Shown: piece after piece, positions 1-9,073 of the stretch | Numbering within the stretch: the first letter of the stretch is position 1 | Layout of the letters: each line of letters opens with the position of its first letter | Assembly: GCA_016188865.1 (NCBI GenBank) | Contig: JACPGX010000001.1 | Coordinates: 205,197-269,196, forward strand | Direction of reading: 5' to 3' | Length of the DNA stretch: 64,000 bases | DNA from: Candidatus Nealsonbacteria bacterium | Lineage (GTDB): Bacteria > Patescibacteriota > Minisyncoccia > Minisyncoccales > MHMH01 | Notes under the pieces: model-generated | Seen by the model: only the letters and a program-made list of their open reading frames with translations | The model's database searches: none | What the model was told of the DNA's origin: nothing | Made by a program: the position numbers and the translations under genes

Positions 1-43
1 AAAATAATAAACAGTAGATACACTGCTGCGCCTAATTTTCTCA
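1..43 (-). CDS. 5' end of an unidentified CDS leaving the window (GTG start; VRKLGAAVYLLFII...)
   Basis: AGGAGG lies 5 nt upstream of GTG (41-43). N-terminus is hydrophobic. Promoter at 89-117. Only 14 codons are visible. Confidence 0.3.
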
Positions 44-88
44 CCTTCGCCTCCTCATTTTAAATGTGCGTTTAAAACGCTATACGCC

Positions 89-117
89 ATCTTAGCGCAT
101 TCTTCACTTTCCGTCAA
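89..117 (-). promoter_or_regulatory. sigma70-type promoter TTGACG-17-TAAGAT
   Basis: -35 is revcomp of 112-117 and -10 is revcomp of 89-94, with a 17-nt spacer. Confidence 0.5.
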
Positions 118-132
118 GGTTCTTACCGAACA

Positions 133-163
133 AAAAATACACCGGTTGAACCGGTGTATTTTT
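133..163. repeat. REP-1 hairpin, 3'-flank copy (aaaaatacaccggtt-g-aaccggtgtattttt)
   Basis: 31-nt perfect palindrome overlapping the RAYT-1 stop codon (162-164). The T-run makes it terminator-like. Confidence 0.9.
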
Positions 164-899
164 ATTCTAAAATTATATTTTTAATTATTTCGAAGCCGGA
201 TTTCAACTCAGTTTTATATAAAATCCAATCTTCAACAGATTTTTTAATTTTATCGGAACTGCCGAAAAATTCTGTAACGAAATCTCTTTTTGTAACTGAC
301 GGAAAATTTGGTATTCCGATATAATCTAAATAGCTAGACCAGCGATATGATTCCAAAAATTTAACAGCTTCCTCAACATCTTTTACTCCCACTTCTTTCC
401 AGTTTTTTTCTAATAATTCAAGCGGATTAGTAAATATATAACAAATCAAAGCCATTAATTGTCTATCATCTTCCACGTGAACTGCTTTAAAACGACCCTG
501 GAATAAAGCGCCAATCCCTTTTCTATTATATTTTTCATTAAAGTATCCAGTATAACCATTAGATAATTTTTTCATGAAAAGAGAAATCCCGCCATCAACT
601 AATTGATGCAAAATTAAATGGTAGTGATTTGGCATCAAACAAAAGCTAATAATCTCTACTAGCGGCTCTCTTTTATCTTTACGATCAGATACACCGGTTG
701 AACCGGTGTATTTCTTATTTTCTTTACGGATTTCTATACGGTCACGCATCTTAACTAATTTTTTATCATTTAATTCATAAAGACAAAAAATAAATCTAAA
801 ATTATCAGAGATTTGCTGAAAAATATTTCTTCTTTCTACTCCCCTATTAAAAATATGATAAATCTGGCCAGTAATAAATTTGGGTCGTTTTATTGCCAT
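162..899 (-). CDS. REP-associated tyrosine transposase-like protein (IS200/Y1 HUH family), paralog 1
   Basis: HUH strand FCLMPNHYHLIL and Tyr helix CYIFTNP. N-terminus MAIKRPKF..GQIYHIFNRG aligns with the paralogs at 26070 and 50608. Start trimmed from 929 to ATG 897-899 by that alignment. Confidence 0.85.
   Translation of the reverse strand: MAIKRPKFITGQIYHIFNRGVERRNIFQQISDNFRFIFCLYELNDKKLVKMRDRIEIRKENKKYTGSTGVSDRKDKREPLVEIISFCLMPNHYHLILHQLVDGGISLFMKKLSNGYTGYFNEKYNRKGIGALFQGRFKAVHVEDDRQLMALICYIFTNPLELLEKNWKEVGVKDVEEAVKFLESYRWSSYLDYIGIPNFPSVTKRDFVTEFFGSSDKIKKSVEDWILYKTELKSGFEIIKNIILE
689..711. repeat. REP-1 hairpin, internal in-frame copy
   Basis: atacaccggtt-g-aaccggtgtat lies inside the RAYT-1 ORF and is translated KYTGSTGVS. 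Confidence 0.9.
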
Positions 900-923
900 A
901 CCTAATTTAATATACCACATAAG

Positions 924-946
924 ATACACCGGTTCAACCGGTGTAT
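924..946. repeat. REP-1 hairpin, 5'-flank copy (loop base c instead of g)
   Basis: atacaccggtt-c-aaccggtgtat lies 24 nt upstream of the RAYT-1 ATG. Confidence 0.9.
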
Positions 947-952
947 GTTGCG

Positions 953-987
953 GAAAAAAGAAAGAGCGAGAAGTGTTCTCGCTCTTT
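953..987 (-). terminator. rho-independent terminator of ftsH
   Basis: 12-bp stem aaagagcgagaa/ttctcgctcttt with a 3-nt loop, then a U-run on the minus strand. The stem core resembles the REP-3 core cgagaa..ttctcg. Confidence 0.75.
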
Positions 988-997
988 TATTCTAAGA

Positions 998-2803
998 TTA
1001 TTTAATCTGGGGGCAAACGGCTTCAATCTCTTCCTGTCCAAGGGTTTCAACGGCTAAAAGTCTGTCAAATAATTCCCCGGCTTCTTTTCCCCTTTGCGTC
1101 AAAATATCTCTGGCTTTTGCATAACCTTCCCTGATAATCTTATCCACTTCATCGTCTATGCGCTTAAGGGTTTGCGGACTGACGTCTTCTTTTCTGGACA
1201 CCTCCCTACCCAAAAAAATCTCTTCCTCTTTTGCTCCGAAAACTCTTGGCCCCAAACTAGACATTCCCCATTCGCAAACCATTTTTTGAGCCAAGTCAGT
1301 GGCTTTTCTTAGGTCGTCTTCGGCGCCGGTTGATTTAGTCTTGCAGAAAATTTCTTCAGCTGCCCGGCCGCCTAGCAATTCGGAAATAAAATTCAAAAGA
1401 TACTCGTGTCTATAAAGATGCCTATCTTCATCGGGCAAGCTAAGAGTTTGGCCCAATGAAGTTTCTCTGGCAGTAATAGAAATTTTTCTGACAGGATCTG
1501 CGCCCGGCAGAGATTTGGAAACTACGGTATGGCCAACTTCATGAAAGGCTACAAGTTCCTTTTCATTAGCGCTCATTACCAGCTTTCTTCCCTTGCCCAA
1601 TAAAATCCTGTCTACAGCTTGGAAAAAATGGGCTTGGGCAATCGCTGCAACTCCGTCTTTAGCGGCAATAATAGCTGCTTCATTTGTCATATTTTCCAAA
1701 TCAGCTCCGCTGACTCCCGGCAAACTTTTAGCAAGAACTTCCAGATTAACATCGCCTGCCAAAGGTTTATTATTGGTATGAACCCTAAGAATCGCTTCCC
1801 TACCCCTGACATCGGGCCTGTTGACAACCACTTTTTTGTCGAAACGGCCCGGCCTTAGCAGGGCAGGATCCAGAATATCTGGCCTATTGGTGGCAGCTAT
1901 GACAATAACATTAGTTCTTGGATCAAACCCGTCCATTTCAACGAAAATTTGATTTAAGGTTTGCTCTCTTTCATCGTGAGCATTGCCCAAACCCGAACCA
2001 CGATGACGGCCGACAGCGTCAATCTCATCAATAAAAAGTATTGAAGGAGCTTGGTGCTTGGCTCGCGCGAATAAGTCCCTAACTCTGCTGGCTCCCACGC
2101 CGACAAACATTTCCACAAATTCCGAACCAGACATATGGAAAAATGGCACTCCGGCTTCGCCGGCTATGGCTTTGGCCAGCAAGGTTTTGCCGGTGCCCGG
2201 AGGTCCTGAAAGCAGCACTCCTCTCGGAATCCTGGCTCCAAGTTTTTGATATTTTTCCGGATGTTTCAAAAAATCAACGATATCTTGAAGTTCTTCTTTA
2301 ACTTCGTCAATACCAGCAACATCATCAAATCTTTCTCTCGGCGGCTTATCATCAGTAGCTGTTGAGCGAGCTAAACTTTTGGCAAAAGTTTTCGCTCCAT
2401 TTACTTGCCGGGCAGATCCCCATCGAGTTATAAGAACATACACAACAACAAAACCAAGCATCCACCAAATCCAGGAATAGGAAGGAGGCTGGGGCTTAAT
2501 TTTGAACAAACCGGCCTGTTTTGCTTTATCAAACAGCTCGCTATAAGCATGCGCTGGGAAATACGCTTTATAATTTTTGCCATCTTTTAGCGTGACCTGA
2601 ATAATGGCGCTGGAATCTTTATTAATATTTTCATGGGCAATAACTGAAGTGACTTCCCCGGGCTGGTCTAATTTTGCTAAGAAATCTTCATAAGTTATAC
2701 TTTCAGCCGGAGGCTGCGACATTGTGGTGATGCCCCAATAAAGCAAAGCGAACAGCATCAATAACCCGATAATCAATATCCAGTTAAACTTCACTTTACT
2801 CAT
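998..2803 (-). CDS. ftsH: ATP-dependent zinc metalloprotease FtsH
   Basis: N-terminal TM segment, Walker [12 protein letters not shown] second region of homology, and zinc motif HEVGH. Confidence 0.97.
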   Translation of the reverse strand: MSKVKFNWILIIGLLMLFALLYWGITTMSQPPAESITYEDFLAKLDQPGEVTSVIAHENINKDSSAIIQVTLKDGKNYKAYFPAHAYSELFDKAKQAGLFKIKPQPPSYSWIWWMLGFVVVYVLITRWGSARQVNGAKTFAKSLARSTATDDKPPRERFDDVAGIDEVKEELQDIVDFLKHPEKYQKLGARIPRGVLLSGPPGTGKTLLAKAIAGEAGVPFFHMSGSEFVEMFVGVGASRVRDLFARAKHQAPSILFIDEIDAVGRHRGSGLGNAHDEREQTLNQIFVEMDGFDPRTNVIVIAATNRPDILDPALLRPGRFDKKVVVNRPDVRGREAILRVHTNNKPLAGDVNLEVLAKSLPGVSGADLENMTNEAAIIAAKDGVAAIAQAHFFQAVDRILLGKGRKLVMSANEKELVAFHEVGHTVVSKSLPGADPVRKISITARETSLGQTLSLPDEDRHLYRHEYLLNFISELLGGRAAEEIFCKTKSTGAEDDLRKATDLAQKMVCEWGMSSLGPRVFGAKEEEIFLGREVSRKEDVSPQTLKRIDDEVDKIIREGYAKARDILTQRGKEAGELFDRLLAVETLGQEEIEAVCPQIK

Positions 2804-2848
2804 TGCGTCCTCCCTGACGATTTGTAAAGGTACTTTTTAAAAGTAGCA

Positions 2849-4159
2849 CTATTCAGTGCGGGATTCAAGTACAACCTTAAAAATCAATTCTTTTCCGCTC
2901 CTAAAAACTTTCAGGACAACTTCATCTCCAGAATTATATTTTTGCATGATTTTTGCCAAAGAATTTTCAGCAGTTATTTTTTCACTATTGAATTCTAAAA
3001 TAATATCTGCCTCTTTAAGGCCTGCTTTTTCTGCGGCAGAATTAGGCAAAATAGCAGCTTCTCCCTTGCCGGTTACAAGCCAAGCGCCGTAAGAAACTGG
3101 CAAGTTATTATCTTGCTGAATTTTTTCTGTGATAATGGTGTATTTTATTCCTAAAAAGGGATAAATAATTTTCCCTGAATATTTAACTTGCTCAATATCT
3201 CTTTTAGCTTTATTGACCGGTATGGCAAAGCCAATGTTTTGAGCTTCAAGGACTGTGGCCGTGTTGATTCCAACGACTTCGCCCATTAAATTCAAAAGGG
3301 GGCCGCCCGAATTGCCTTTGTTGATTGCCGCATCTGTTTGAATAACATCCTCAATGGTTTCCACTAGACCGCCGCCTTCGGCAGTAATTGTTCTGCCCAA
3401 ACCGGAAATTACTCCAACGGAAATGGTATTCCTAAATTCGCCTAAAGCGTTTCCAATGGTAATGACTGTTTGGCCAATCTGCAGTTTGTCAGAATTACCG
3501 AGCTCAACCACTGGAAAATATTTTTGAATCAGCTGGCCCGAATCGTCAATTCGGCTTTTCGTTTCAATTCTTAATACGGCTAAATCCTGTAGAGGATCTC
3601 TAGCTAAAACTTTTGCTGAAAACTTTTTTCCATCATTGGTAAAAACAGTGTAATCCGCTTCCTCGTCTAGAACTACGTGTTTATTAGTTAAAATCATGCC
3701 ATCTTCAGAAACAATGAAGCCGGTACCTCCGCCAATTTCTTTCTTTTCCGTTCCTATTTGGCGCTTCTGAGGAACGCCAAAATTAAAAGGCTCCCCAAAA
3801 ATCTGTTCAAATTCCTGAAAAGGATTAATGTAATACTGCTCAAAAACCGGCAAATCCTTGCTAATAACAATGCTAACTACAGCCGGAGAGGCAGTTTTAA
3901 TCACATTGATAATTTTTTCCTCTTCAGTAGTTTGAGGAATATATTCTTTTTCAATTGCTTTTTCTGGAGATGGGGTGCTAAACTTTGAAAGATAGTCTTT
4001 GGCTTCAAAATAAAAAACGCTGCCGGAAATAATGCCTGCCAAAAAGCCAAAAAATGAAGACGCAAAAATAATGGATGCAAAAATCCAAAAAGTCTTATTT
4101 TTCCAGAACTTGGGGAATTTTATTTTTATATTAGGAGAATCCAAATCGTAAAGCGTCAT
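2849..4159 (-). CDS. htrA: HtrA/DegP-type trypsin-like serine protease with C-terminal PDZ domain
   Basis: TM anchor, TNKHVV, GNSGGPLLN, and a PDZ-like tail. ATGA overlap with the iscU stop. Confidence 0.9.
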   Translation of the reverse strand: MTLYDLDSPNIKIKFPKFWKNKTFWIFASIIFASSFFGFLAGIISGSVFYFEAKDYLSKFSTPSPEKAIEKEYIPQTTEEEKIINVIKTASPAVVSIVISKDLPVFEQYYINPFQEFEQIFGEPFNFGVPQKRQIGTEKKEIGGGTGFIVSEDGMILTNKHVVLDEEADYTVFTNDGKKFSAKVLARDPLQDLAVLRIETKSRIDDSGQLIQKYFPVVELGNSDKLQIGQTVITIGNALGEFRNTISVGVISGLGRTITAEGGGLVETIEDVIQTDAAINKGNSGGPLLNLMGEVVGINTATVLEAQNIGFAIPVNKAKRDIEQVKYSGKIIYPFLGIKYTIITEKIQQDNNLPVSYGAWLVTGKGEAAILPNSAAEKAGLKEADIILEFNSEKITAENSLAKIMQKYNSGDEVVLKVFRSGKELIFKVVLESRTE

Positions 4160-5631
4160 TTTTTAAATTTTTGATTGTAATCGTCAACTGCAGCTTTTAA
4201 AGCTGACTTAGCTAAGTAAGAGCAATGAACTTTAGCCGGCGGAACTTCACCAAGCTCTTTGACGATATCTTTATAGTCGATTTTTAATGCCTCTTCAATT
4301 GTTTTTCCTTTAACCACTTCGCACATTATATCAGAAATGCTTATGGCGTGCCCGCAATTATGTACCGCAAAACCTTTAACTAAATAAGAATTGGGCGTTC
4401 CGTCTACCAACATATTATATACATATCCTGCATATTTGCTTCTAATTATTTTTTTGATGGGCACAAGGAAATAATTTTTCGTGAAATAAACAAAATTATG
4501 ACCTTTTCTTTTCAGCCTAAAGAAAACATCGTAAATCGGCCCAGATGACACCTTGCGACCTTCTATATAATTTCTCGATGGGTCAAATTTTCTTTTTCTA
4601 ATACTGGAAAATATCTTGCATCTCGCCAAAATTTCTTGCATTTGGATGGCCAAATCTTTGGAGGCGGTCGTTATCTCGTATCGCGGATAATCTCCCACTC
4701 TCCGTACCGAAGACGAGCCATCTCCTTTAATATAAGTTTTAATCATTTCCCATTGTTTTTTAGACGGCAAAACTAGTATCTCATCAGCTAATTTCTTTTG
4801 AGTAGCGTAGCTTCCGCAAATTTTCTTAAAAAATTTACACCACTGCCTAGAGCAAATATAAATTTCGATGACATTGCCCCTAATTCTTTCTTTGGGAACC
4901 TTTTTTGTAACATCGATAAGTAATTTCTGGAGCTCTGCAATATTATCTTTTTCATTTTTATTAAGGGAGAAGTTTAATGCTCCACTATTAGCCGTAACGT
5001 ATCCCTCTGCCAGATAATAACCGATTAATTTCATTATTTTTGAAGTAAATTGAGGATTGTCTTTTATTTTTCTATTAGAAACATAAACAAGGTAATCACC
5101 CCTTACTAATTCTCCGGCGAATACAGGGTCGGGTTTTTTAGACAAAAGCTCATCTTTTTTAATTTTGAGCCAATCGCATTTTTTGTTATAGCGTCGAGCA
5201 GATTTAAGCTTATTCCTTTTTATGCAAAACACTGGATGTTCGGAAGTGACAGAAAATTTATTAAATGGTGAAACAAAAGGCAGTAAAGTCAACATCGGAC
5301 CGCTATATTTTCTTTTAAATGTTTTGAGCACTGTCGTTGCTCGACCATTGCTATTTAAAACTGTTTTACCTTTCTTAATTGTAGAAATTGCACCCCAATC
5401 TCCCTCATTAAATAACACTTCTCCTTTAGGCGGTAGACATCCAAAAGTTTCGAACTTTACATCTTCAATAATTTCTTTTCCTCCGACTTTCTTTACTTTT
5501 ATGTACATTTTCATAACGTCTCCGCAGCGCATATTCTGGGTATCGCCAATGCCCGAGGCATCTTTAATTTTACCCATATTTTTAGGATGAAGAAAATGCT
5601 CTATGACTTTTTTGCTATAGTAAGGTTTCAT
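4156..5631 (-). CDS. iscU: IscU/NifU-type Fe-S scaffold interrupted by an intein
   Basis: Exteins: 64 aa ending ..NMRCGDVM..KFETFG, and 66 aa beginning CGHAISISD..KVHCS. Spliced, they give the canonical TFGCG..HCS IscU core. Confidence 0.9.
   Translation of the reverse strand: MKPYYSKKVIEHFLHPKNMGKIKDASGIGDTQNMRCGDVMKMYIKVKKVGGKEIIEDVKFETFGCLPPKGEVLFNEGDWGAISTIKKGKTVLNSNGRATTVLKTFKRKYSGPMLTLLPFVSPFNKFSVTSEHPVFCIKRNKLKSARRYNKKCDWLKIKKDELLSKKPDPVFAGELVRGDYLVYVSNRKIKDNPQFTSKIMKLIGYYLAEGYVTANSGALNFSLNKNEKDNIAELQKLLIDVTKKVPKERIRGNVIEIYICSRQWCKFFKKICGSYATQKKLADEILVLPSKKQWEMIKTYIKGDGSSSVRRVGDYPRYEITTASKDLAIQMQEILARCKIFSSIRKRKFDPSRNYIEGRKVSSGPIYDVFFRLKRKGHNFVYFTKNYFLVPIKKIIRSKYAGYVYNMLVDGTPNSYLVKGFAVHNCGHAISISDIMCEVVKGKTIEEALKIDYKDIVKELGEVPPAKVHCSYLAKSALKAAVDDYNQKFKK
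4357..5439 (-). mobile_element. Full-length intein (361 aa) with LAGLIDADG homing-endonuclease domain
   Basis: Cys1 (CLPPKG..), block B TSEHP, LAGLIDADG motifs LIGYYLAEGYV and YIKGDGSS, terminal VHN followed by +1 Cys. Confidence 0.85.
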
Positions 5632-5687
5632 ACGATTAAAGATTTCCTAAACCGATTTAATATTTGGAGGTCCCCTCCCCGAATTCG

Positions 5688-6839
5688 TTATTTATAGCCA
5701 GATATTTGCCTCAATCTCTGTATAACCTGCGGTAGAACTTTTAAAAACTTGGTAATCTCTTCTTGGGTTGTGTATCTCCCCAAGGTAATCCTTAGGGAAC
5801 CGTGGGCTTCTTCGTGAGAAAGGCCTAAGGCCAAAAGCACATGGGACGGCTCTAGGCTCTTTGCCGAGCAAGCGGAGCCCGTAGAAACGGCAATGCCTTT
5901 TTGGTCTAAAGCTATGACCATAGCTTCCCCCTCCGCCCCATCTATGGTGACATTAATGTTATTAGGCAAACGCTGGATCGGCGAGCCGTTCAATTTAGAG
6001 TCAGAAACAATCTTTAAAATTGTCTTAATCAATTTATCGCGAAATTGCCTGATCCTTATAATATTAATTTTGATTTTTGGGTTTTGAGTTTCTTCGATGG
6101 CAGCTCCCAAGCCGACAATTGCAGGCACATTTTCAGTGCCCGACCTTCTGCCCTGTTCTTGGCCGCCGCCGTAAATTAGCGGGTTTAACAAAATTCCCTT
6201 TTTTACAAAAAGAGCCCCTACGCCTTTTGGCCCGTAAATTTTGTGGCCGCTTAGCGTCAGCAAATCTACGCCAAGTTTTTTTACGTCGCAGTCTAAATAA
6301 TTTGCCGCCTGCACCGCATCGGTATGAAAATATATTTTATTTTTCCGAGCTTTTAGCAATTCTCCAATCTCGGCAATGGGTTGTATGGTGCCAATTTCGT
6401 TATTGGCGTACATTATGGAAACCAAAATAGTATTTAGCTTAATAGCTTTTTCAACATCGGAAACTTTCACTAAGCCATCTTTGTCTACCGGCAAGTAAGT
6501 CACTTCCACTCCTTCTTTTTCTAGCTTTTGGCATGGCTCTAAAATAGCATGATGCTCAATCTGCGTCGTAATTATGTGATCGCCTTTTTTAATTAAGCCG
6601 AAAATTGCTAGATTATTTGCTTCAGTGGCAGAACCGGTAAAAATAACTTCGTCAAGCTCGCAACCTAAAAAACTCGCTACTTTTTGCCGAGCATCGTCAA
6701 TGGCGGCAATAGCCTTCTGGCCAAAACTATGTATAGAAGAGGGATTGCCAAAATCCTTTTTAAAGTAAGTCTTCATCGCCTCCATGACCTTAGGGTCAAC
6801 GGGCGTGGTAGACGCGTAGTCTAAATAAATCTTTGGCAT
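5688..6839 (-). CDS. iscS: Cysteine desulfurase (NifS/IscS class)
   Basis: PLP lysine SGHKIYGPKG and active-site STGSACS. Confidence 0.93.
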   Translation of the reverse strand: MPKIYLDYASTTPVDPKVMEAMKTYFKKDFGNPSSIHSFGQKAIAAIDDARQKVASFLGCELDEVIFTGSATEANNLAIFGLIKKGDHIITTQIEHHAILEPCQKLEKEGVEVTYLPVDKDGLVKVSDVEKAIKLNTILVSIMYANNEIGTIQPIAEIGELLKARKNKIYFHTDAVQAANYLDCDVKKLGVDLLTLSGHKIYGPKGVGALFVKKGILLNPLIYGGGQEQGRRSGTENVPAIVGLGAAIEETQNPKIKINIIRIRQFRDKLIKTILKIVSDSKLNGSPIQRLPNNINVTIDGAEGEAMVIALDQKGIAVSTGSACSAKSLEPSHVLLALGLSHEEAHGSLRITLGRYTTQEEITKFLKVLPQVIQRLRQISGYK

Positions 6840-6871
6840 GTTTAGGTTATATTTAATATTTTACACTAACT

Positions 6872-8428
6872 TTATTTATTTTCAACCACCTTCCTGAATT
6901 TTTCAGTCGGAAAAAAGCCCATATACTTTCCCAGCATTAATCTAGTTTGGGCATCAATGGCCGGAATCGCCCCGAAAATCACTAAAGCAACTGGAAGAAA
7001 AAGCCATTGGGTCGCCATTGATAATAACTTTTTACGGGTAAAATGAAAAGCGCTGAAGCGAAGCAATAATGTGCTTACAATAATGCCTGCTACCAAACCT
7101 ACCAATGCTAATGTCATTAAATTGCTAGTTATCTGGGGAAGATTATAAGATAGGACCATTCCATTAAAATCGCTGCGCCCAAGCAGCAAGGGCAGCCAGC
7201 CCAAAAAAAGCAATAATAAGGCATTAGTCCCCCAGGCCCAAAAAGATTCTATCATTAAGAAGGCGTAGCGGAATTTTTTACGTAAAGATATTTTGTTATT
7301 TTTTAGAAATCCGAAAAGCAAATAAGGAATGCCTTCAGAGCCCCAGGCCCAGCGCCGCTGCTGTTTGTATTGATTAATAGCTGTCTGCCATGCATTCTTG
7401 GCAACGCAGGAATCCATTGATAAAGGATAATGAATCGGAATAATTTGGTAATCGCCGTCGTAAAATAAAAAAGCCTTCCAAAAAATTCCTGCGTCTTCTG
7501 AAACCACATTTTTTTGCCAAAAACCAATTTCCACCAATGCTTTAAAGCTCATTGAGTGAGATGAATAAGTGGTCAACTTTTCCGGCCTCTGCTGCTGCAT
7601 CATCTGCCAAAAAACATTAGAGGAAGAAACTATCCTGGAAAAAAATGGGGCCTCCAAAATATTGTTGAAATAAAGGGGAATCGGCTGAAAGCTTGATCTA
7701 ACTGCATCTTTGCTGGTCAAATAGTAGTAAGTCAAACAGTTGAAATATTGAGGATAGACTTGCGTGTCAGCGTCAAAACAGGAAACAATAATATTTTGAT
7801 AAGGAATTTTTAATTTATCGATAATCTCTTTCTTCGCCTGCCTGCCAGCCCAGCTTTCATTGGAACCTTTCCCGGCAATTTCGCCTTCAATGCCTTTGGG
7901 ATGGCGGGTTACCAGTAAACGGAAAAATTTATTTCCAAATTCTTTTTTTATTCCTTCTGCCATCTCTCTTGCTTGCAATTCAGCCCTTTCTTCTGTGGCC
8001 AGCACTGCAATTATTTTATCTTTCGGATATTTGCTGACAGCCAAAGCTTTAAAAGAGCCGCGCATTACTCTTAAATCTTCTTTATATGTCGGAAAAATCA
8101 CCAAATGGTATACTTCTTCCCAATTAGCCGCCGGCAGCTGATTTAATTTCTCTTGCCAATCAATATTTAAATTTTTTTTCATTTGCCTGTATTCTAAAGT
8201 TAAATGCAGCACAAAATGAATAGTCCTTAGCAGCCAATAAACGCAAAATCCGATGATAAAATAAGCAACAAAAACCGGAAAAAGCCAGGAAAAAACAGGC
8301 ATGCCGATTAAAGTGCTCCAAATTAAAACGCCGGGCAAAATTTCAAAAGCCCGATAAACTATTCTTTCTTTTTTATCTTTCAAATCAGTCGCTCTGCCGA
8401 TATTAATGTAATATTTATGAATAACCAT
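6872..8428 (-). CDS. Processive family-2 glycosyltransferase (cellulose/chitin-synthase-like), multi-TM
   Basis: FDADTQ and QQRRWAWG (QxxRW), with TM helices at both ends. Start trimmed to ATG 8426-8428, which overlaps the TAA of the upstream ORF (TAATG). Confidence 0.75.
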   Translation of the reverse strand: MVIHKYYINIGRATDLKDKKERIVYRAFEILPGVLIWSTLIGMPVFSWLFPVFVAYFIIGFCVYWLLRTIHFVLHLTLEYRQMKKNLNIDWQEKLNQLPAANWEEVYHLVIFPTYKEDLRVMRGSFKALAVSKYPKDKIIAVLATEERAELQAREMAEGIKKEFGNKFFRLLVTRHPKGIEGEIAGKGSNESWAGRQAKKEIIDKLKIPYQNIIVSCFDADTQVYPQYFNCLTYYYLTSKDAVRSSFQPIPLYFNNILEAPFFSRIVSSSNVFWQMMQQQRPEKLTTYSSHSMSFKALVEIGFWQKNVVSEDAGIFWKAFLFYDGDYQIIPIHYPLSMDSCVAKNAWQTAINQYKQQRRWAWGSEGIPYLLFGFLKNNKISLRKKFRYAFLMIESFWAWGTNALLLLFLGWLPLLLGRSDFNGMVLSYNLPQITSNLMTLALVGLVAGIIVSTLLLRFSAFHFTRKKLLSMATQWLFLPVALVIFGAIPAIDAQTRLMLGKYMGFFPTEKFRKVVENK

Positions 8429-9009
8429 TATTTCTTGAATTCTTCTTTTGGCTTCAATATGCCGACGGCTGCAGCTAAAATAATTACAATTATTGTGAGA
8501 GTGAAAAATAAACCAATAATCCACAGCCATTCTTTCAATAATGCCAGAGAAAACTTTGCGTATAGCAAGGCGGAAATCATTAAAGCGAACCAGTAATCGA
8601 CTGGCAAATGCAAAAACCATTTTTTATGCCACAAAACATGCTCTCCCCAAAAACTTCTAAAATCGTACTTGGGATTAACAACAAACCACAGGAAATCCCA
8701 GATAATCACAACCAAAAATAGAAAAGAAAGGGCAGTGAATTCTGAAGAAAAATTCCATACTTTTCCAGCGAAATACGGATAATGCATGAAAATAAAAACC
8801 AGGCTAAAAACCAGCAAATGGTAAAGCGTCAATTCCCTGCCGCCCATAAACTTTCCATAAAGACGCGAATACCACTTAGATGAGACGGGCTTCCAAGTAG
8901 GCAAATTAGCCGCCCAGCCGGCTGCGCCCTCTATTTGCGTTTCCAAACCGGCCAGCACCAGACAGAACAAAAAAAGAAAAATAATTTGAATAAATAAATG
9001 AAAATCCAT
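8428..9009 (-). CDS. Polytopic membrane protein, unknown function
   Basis: 193 aa with about 6 hydrophobic segments. Translationally coupled to the GT2 gene. Confidence 0.6.
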   Translation of the reverse strand: MDFHLFIQIIFLFLFCLVLAGLETQIEGAAGWAANLPTWKPVSSKWYSRLYGKFMGGRELTLYHLLVFSLVFIFMHYPYFAGKVWNFSSEFTALSFLFLVVIIWDFLWFVVNPKYDFRSFWGEHVLWHKKWFLHLPVDYWFALMISALLYAKFSLALLKEWLWIIGLFFTLTIIVIILAAAVGILKPKEEFKK

Positions 9010-9025
9010 AAAATTTTATTTGAAT

Positions 9026-9067
9026 GAGGTCCGACCTCCCGACAAATATGACGGGAGGTCGGACCTC
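9026..9067. repeat. PE hairpin element, intergenic copy (gaggtccgacctcccg-10 nt-cgggaggtcggacctc)
   Basis: 16-bp perfect stem. Arms are identical to the copy inside tsaD (34384-34425). Confidence 0.9.
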
Positions 9068-9073
9068 CCAATA

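Noticed and set aside
1094-2590. Plus-strand ORFs 1094-1312, 1593-1781, 1619-1858, 2058-2249 and 2405-2590, and similar antisense ORFs throughout the track (e.g. 5222-5590, 18398-18961, 47700-48206, 52509-52904).
   Set aside because: They lie entirely antisense to long, confidently identified genes. They have no RBS and low-complexity translations, so they are shadow ORFs.
7836-7856. The recurrent GGCAGGCAGGC / peptide GRQA(KK) in the GT2 gene (7836-7856), the korA-like gene (38887-38908) and etfB (60018-60040) as a further in-frame element family.
   Set aside because: In EtfB, CGRQA is a conserved protein motif. The shared DNA is just the codons for G-R-Q-A, and only the PAP2 copy is a true palindrome. 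I treated it as probable codon coincidence, although the korA copy is mentioned as a weak relative.
6872-8620. Longer N-terminal extensions offered by the ORF track for 6872-8620, 38742-40418, 56156-57589, 162-929, 60395-61147, 46607-47764 and 42444-44264.
   Set aside because: The extensions overlap upstream genes, promoters or hairpins and lack an RBS. Internal starts fit homolog N-termini, RBS positions or stop/start coupling, so the coordinates were trimmed.
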